NCBI GenBank assembly: GCA_008632985.1 | Contig: QPGO01000287.1 | Coordinates: 1-64,000, forward strand | From: Psammoneis japonica | Taxonomy: Eukaryota | Reading direction: 5' to 3' | DNA length: 64,000 nt | Shown: piece by piece, positions 61,301 to 64,000 of the stretch | Layout: each line of letters begins with the position of its first letter | How positions within the stretch are numbered: the stretch's first letter is position 1 | Made by a program: the position numbers and the translations under genes | Notes under the pieces: generated by a model | Databases searched by the model: none | Seen by the model: only the letters and a program-made list of their open reading frames with translations | What the model was told of the DNA's origin: nothing

Positions 61301-64000
61301 CAAGTCACAATTGATGCATTCTAAATGAATTTTGTCACTGGAGTCCTCTCCTTCAACATCCTCAGATTAAACGTTGTGTTCCAAGCCAACATTGTCTTCA
61401 TCTGCATCTTCCATCTCTTCATTGGCATTGACCAACAATTCATTGGCACCCACATTGTCTCCATCTCTTTCATCATGCTTTGTTGCAATCCATGCAGGAA
61501 GCTTTTGTTTTCTCCTCACAACAGTTTTGCACAAAACTTCTCTCATTTGCTCATTGTTGTCTTTTCTCTTTGACTTGTTTCCCTAAAAAAACCTTGGCAA
61601 CAGGTGCAAGAAATTTCAAACTCAGGTTGATTTTGTAATGTGTTGTGCTGAGTTGAGATGAGAGCAGTTGGGGTTGCCTTTCCGGGTCCCTCCCAAGAGT
61701 CAGCAATGTTTTGGGCAGCATGTGATGCACAGTGCAGGCTGGTTGGTCAAGTTGCTCCATGCACATGGTCGCCAGTCACACAAAAGTTCTTGCCGCTCCT
61801 CATCCTGCCTCATGCCTCAAGCCTCACCATCATCTCTGTGGATGCCATGGTGTGATGTGTGATCTCTCACTGCAGCATCATTGATCACAAACTTGTTGCT
61901 GTTGTGTTTTGCCAGAGACACCATGTTGGCATGACTGAAGCAGAAGCAACTGCAAAAACACATTTGGCAAATGGAGAGGATCAAGTTGCATTGGACAAAA
62001 CTGCAGATGATGAGTCTGTTGGTGAAGGAACTCGTGGTGAGGAAATGCCAAAGCTGAAAGCACAGAAAAATGCAAAGCAATTGCCCTTTCATGGACAGTG
62101 TGTGGCCACATCATTGTTTCTCATGGATGCAGTGAACTTGGGAAACTCCTTCAACATCACCAAAACATGTGCACCTTTTGGAAATGATCTTGAGGCCTGC
62201 ATGCACCAACGTTGGTGCTGCAAAAGCTTTCCTTGATTGTTCTCCAGACAAGAAACAACCACCTCAAAAAGCTGAGAAAGAGCCATTGGCTTTGGTGATT
62301 GACAGTTTTTGTCATCCATGGGTCTTCTGGGACAAGGAAGTCAACATTTCTCACCTGTTTTGCAGGTCATGCTTGCTTGGGCAGATGCTTTTCCAATGTT
62401 GCTCTACTTTGTGGGTCCAAAAGCTCAAAGACAATCATGGGTGATCCAATCCCATCTGAAATGAAGTGCTGCAATGTGCTGGATGATGGTGCAACTGTCA
62501 TCAAAGAGGAAGCCATGGTGATGTGCGGAGCCAGTTGGAGAAATGTCTGTCAAATGTCAATCTCATTGTCATGGATGACTGTTCTCTGTGCCATCAGATC
62601 TCAGCAAATTCACTGGCACATTGGTTGTTGCTGCATCACCAAGCTTGCATGTAAAGAATCTCACAGATTCCATTGTTGATCATCATGTGTGTTGATGCAT
62701 CCCTCACTGGATGAAGAATCTGTGATGCAAGAAAATTTTGGGGCATGTGGCAGGAATTGCTAACTGTCTTTTTGAGCCTGCTTTTGCCAAAGAACAAAAG
62801 GCAGAAGAGAGTGTTGAAGAGGTGACTGCATGACAGATCACAAGGATGGCATCACTGCAGGCATCAGGCAGGGCAGAAAATTGTGTCATGCTTCACTCTC
62901 TTGTCCTGTGGAAGGTTGGCAGTGATTTTATGACCATGCCAAGCTTTGAGTTGGTTTCATGGTTCAGGGAAAAGCCAGCAGCCAACAAACTGTGTCTTGA
63001 GTCTGTGGGCAAACTGAACAGTGCAAGGCAGGATGTGGCGCCGCTCTTGGGGGGCGAGGGTGTGCAGGTGCTCTCTTTGAAGCACTTGCCATTTGAATGA
63101 TTCAAGTGGGATGGTGCTCTTGATGTGCACTCTCTGGAAGATGGCAGAATGGTCAAAACACTTTGCATCCCACCCTTCAACTTAGATCCAATTGTGATGT
63201 TCATGTCTCCAACTCAGAGTCAGGGCAGTTTTCAATGCATCTCCTGTTCCCCACTGTGACCAACTTTCCAACGTTTGATTGTTTCTACTTTTGTGCAACT
63301 GGTGAGGCATTTTTGCTGCAAATGACTGTCACAAGAATCCATGACTTGAAGAACAGTGGTGCTGCCAAGACCAAATGCTGCTTTGACAGGATGCTCGGAG
63401 CTCACCACAGGCCCAAATGATGTCTGGCTGTGTTTGTTGTGCCAGCCAACATGTGGCTGCAGGATTCATAAAGCAGAAAGTTGCTGGGACAGTCAATGAA
63501 AAGAAAGCAGATTTTAGGCCCTTTTTTGAACAATGGGTCATTGGAGTTTGAGGCATCTGCTTGTGTGTTCCCATGCTGCACCAACCTGATGTGGGGCATC
63601 TGCTTGTGTGTTCCCATGCTGCACCAACCTGATGTTGTCTCCATTGCTGGAGTGAGACTGGGCCTTTGAATCTCCTCATCATCAATTCTAACATCAATTT
63701 GAAGCCACAAACTCATCAAGAGGAAGAAGAAGAATTTACACCCTCTTGGGTGCTGCCGGCAAGACTGCATCTTCGCAAAGAAAACTTTCCAAAATTTGAT
63801 TGTCTCCACTTTTGAACAACTGGCAAGGCATCTCTGCTGCAAATGACTGTTGCAAGAGTCCACAACTTGAAGAACAGCAGTGCTTTCAAGACCAAGCTCT
63901 GCTTCAATGGGAGGTGCTCTGAACCGCTCACCACCAGCCCAAGCAACACCAGGTTGTTTTTGTTGCGCCAACCAATGTTGCTGCAGGGTTCATGAAGCCA
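58330..64000 (-). mobile_element. Decayed TA/CG-depleted repeat region, including a probable MULE transposase/SWIM remnant (~58900-60400)
   Basis: SWIM-like 'CECPQWCHCGIGQCKAH'; MULE-like 'GSLMVVHSKDNN..LLFV..DTWHLW..VVIDER'. Confidence 0.45.
63552..63635. repeat. Tandem duplication, period 43 bp
   Basis: ggcatctgcttgtgtgttcccatgctgcaccaacctgatgt occurs twice. Confidence 0.9.

Noticed and set aside
63552..63635. CRISPR-like repeat
   Set aside because: Only two adjacent copies, no spacers, no cas genes, eukaryotic context.
1..64000. CpG methylation decay as the sole explanation of TG/CA excess
   Set aside because: It cannot remove TA, and CpGs are intact in the Gypsy-2 LTRs and at 43.2-45.1 kb where TA is lost.

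Overview
Eukaryotic nuclear DNA, most likely a diatom (inferred from GT-AG introns, CoDi-like Copia and Gypsy elements, and a diatom-type TM-LRR protein). Layout: a nested transposon graveyard at ~1-38400, a gene-rich block at ~38400-58300, and more decayed TE sequence at ~58300-64000. The graveyard holds Copia, two full-length Gypsy elements with LTRs and TSDs, TTAA-specific MITEs, a CRE-like LINE fragment and unidentifiable decayed ORFs. The gene block holds a TM-LRR gene, AFG1-like ATPase, presenilin, urea transporter, COX6A, CDC73 and hypotheticals. The main observation is a directional, domain-restricted TpA -> TpG/CpA (A:T -> G:C) hypermutation, the reverse of fungal RIP. (i) The two 367-bp LTRs of Gypsy-2 differ at 15 sites by my manual alignment, and all 15 are TA vs CA/TG with CpGs intact. 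(ii) Conserved tyrosines in TE proteins read as His/Cys. (iii) TTAA target duplications read TCAA or TTGG. (iv) Edited and unedited patches alternate sharply even inside one element. (v) A host-type secreted-protein gene is also affected. This points to an undescribed adenine-editing genome-defence system, unless it is a modified-base basecalling artefact, which must be excluded first. No candidate enzyme was found in the window. All counts and alignments were made by eye.
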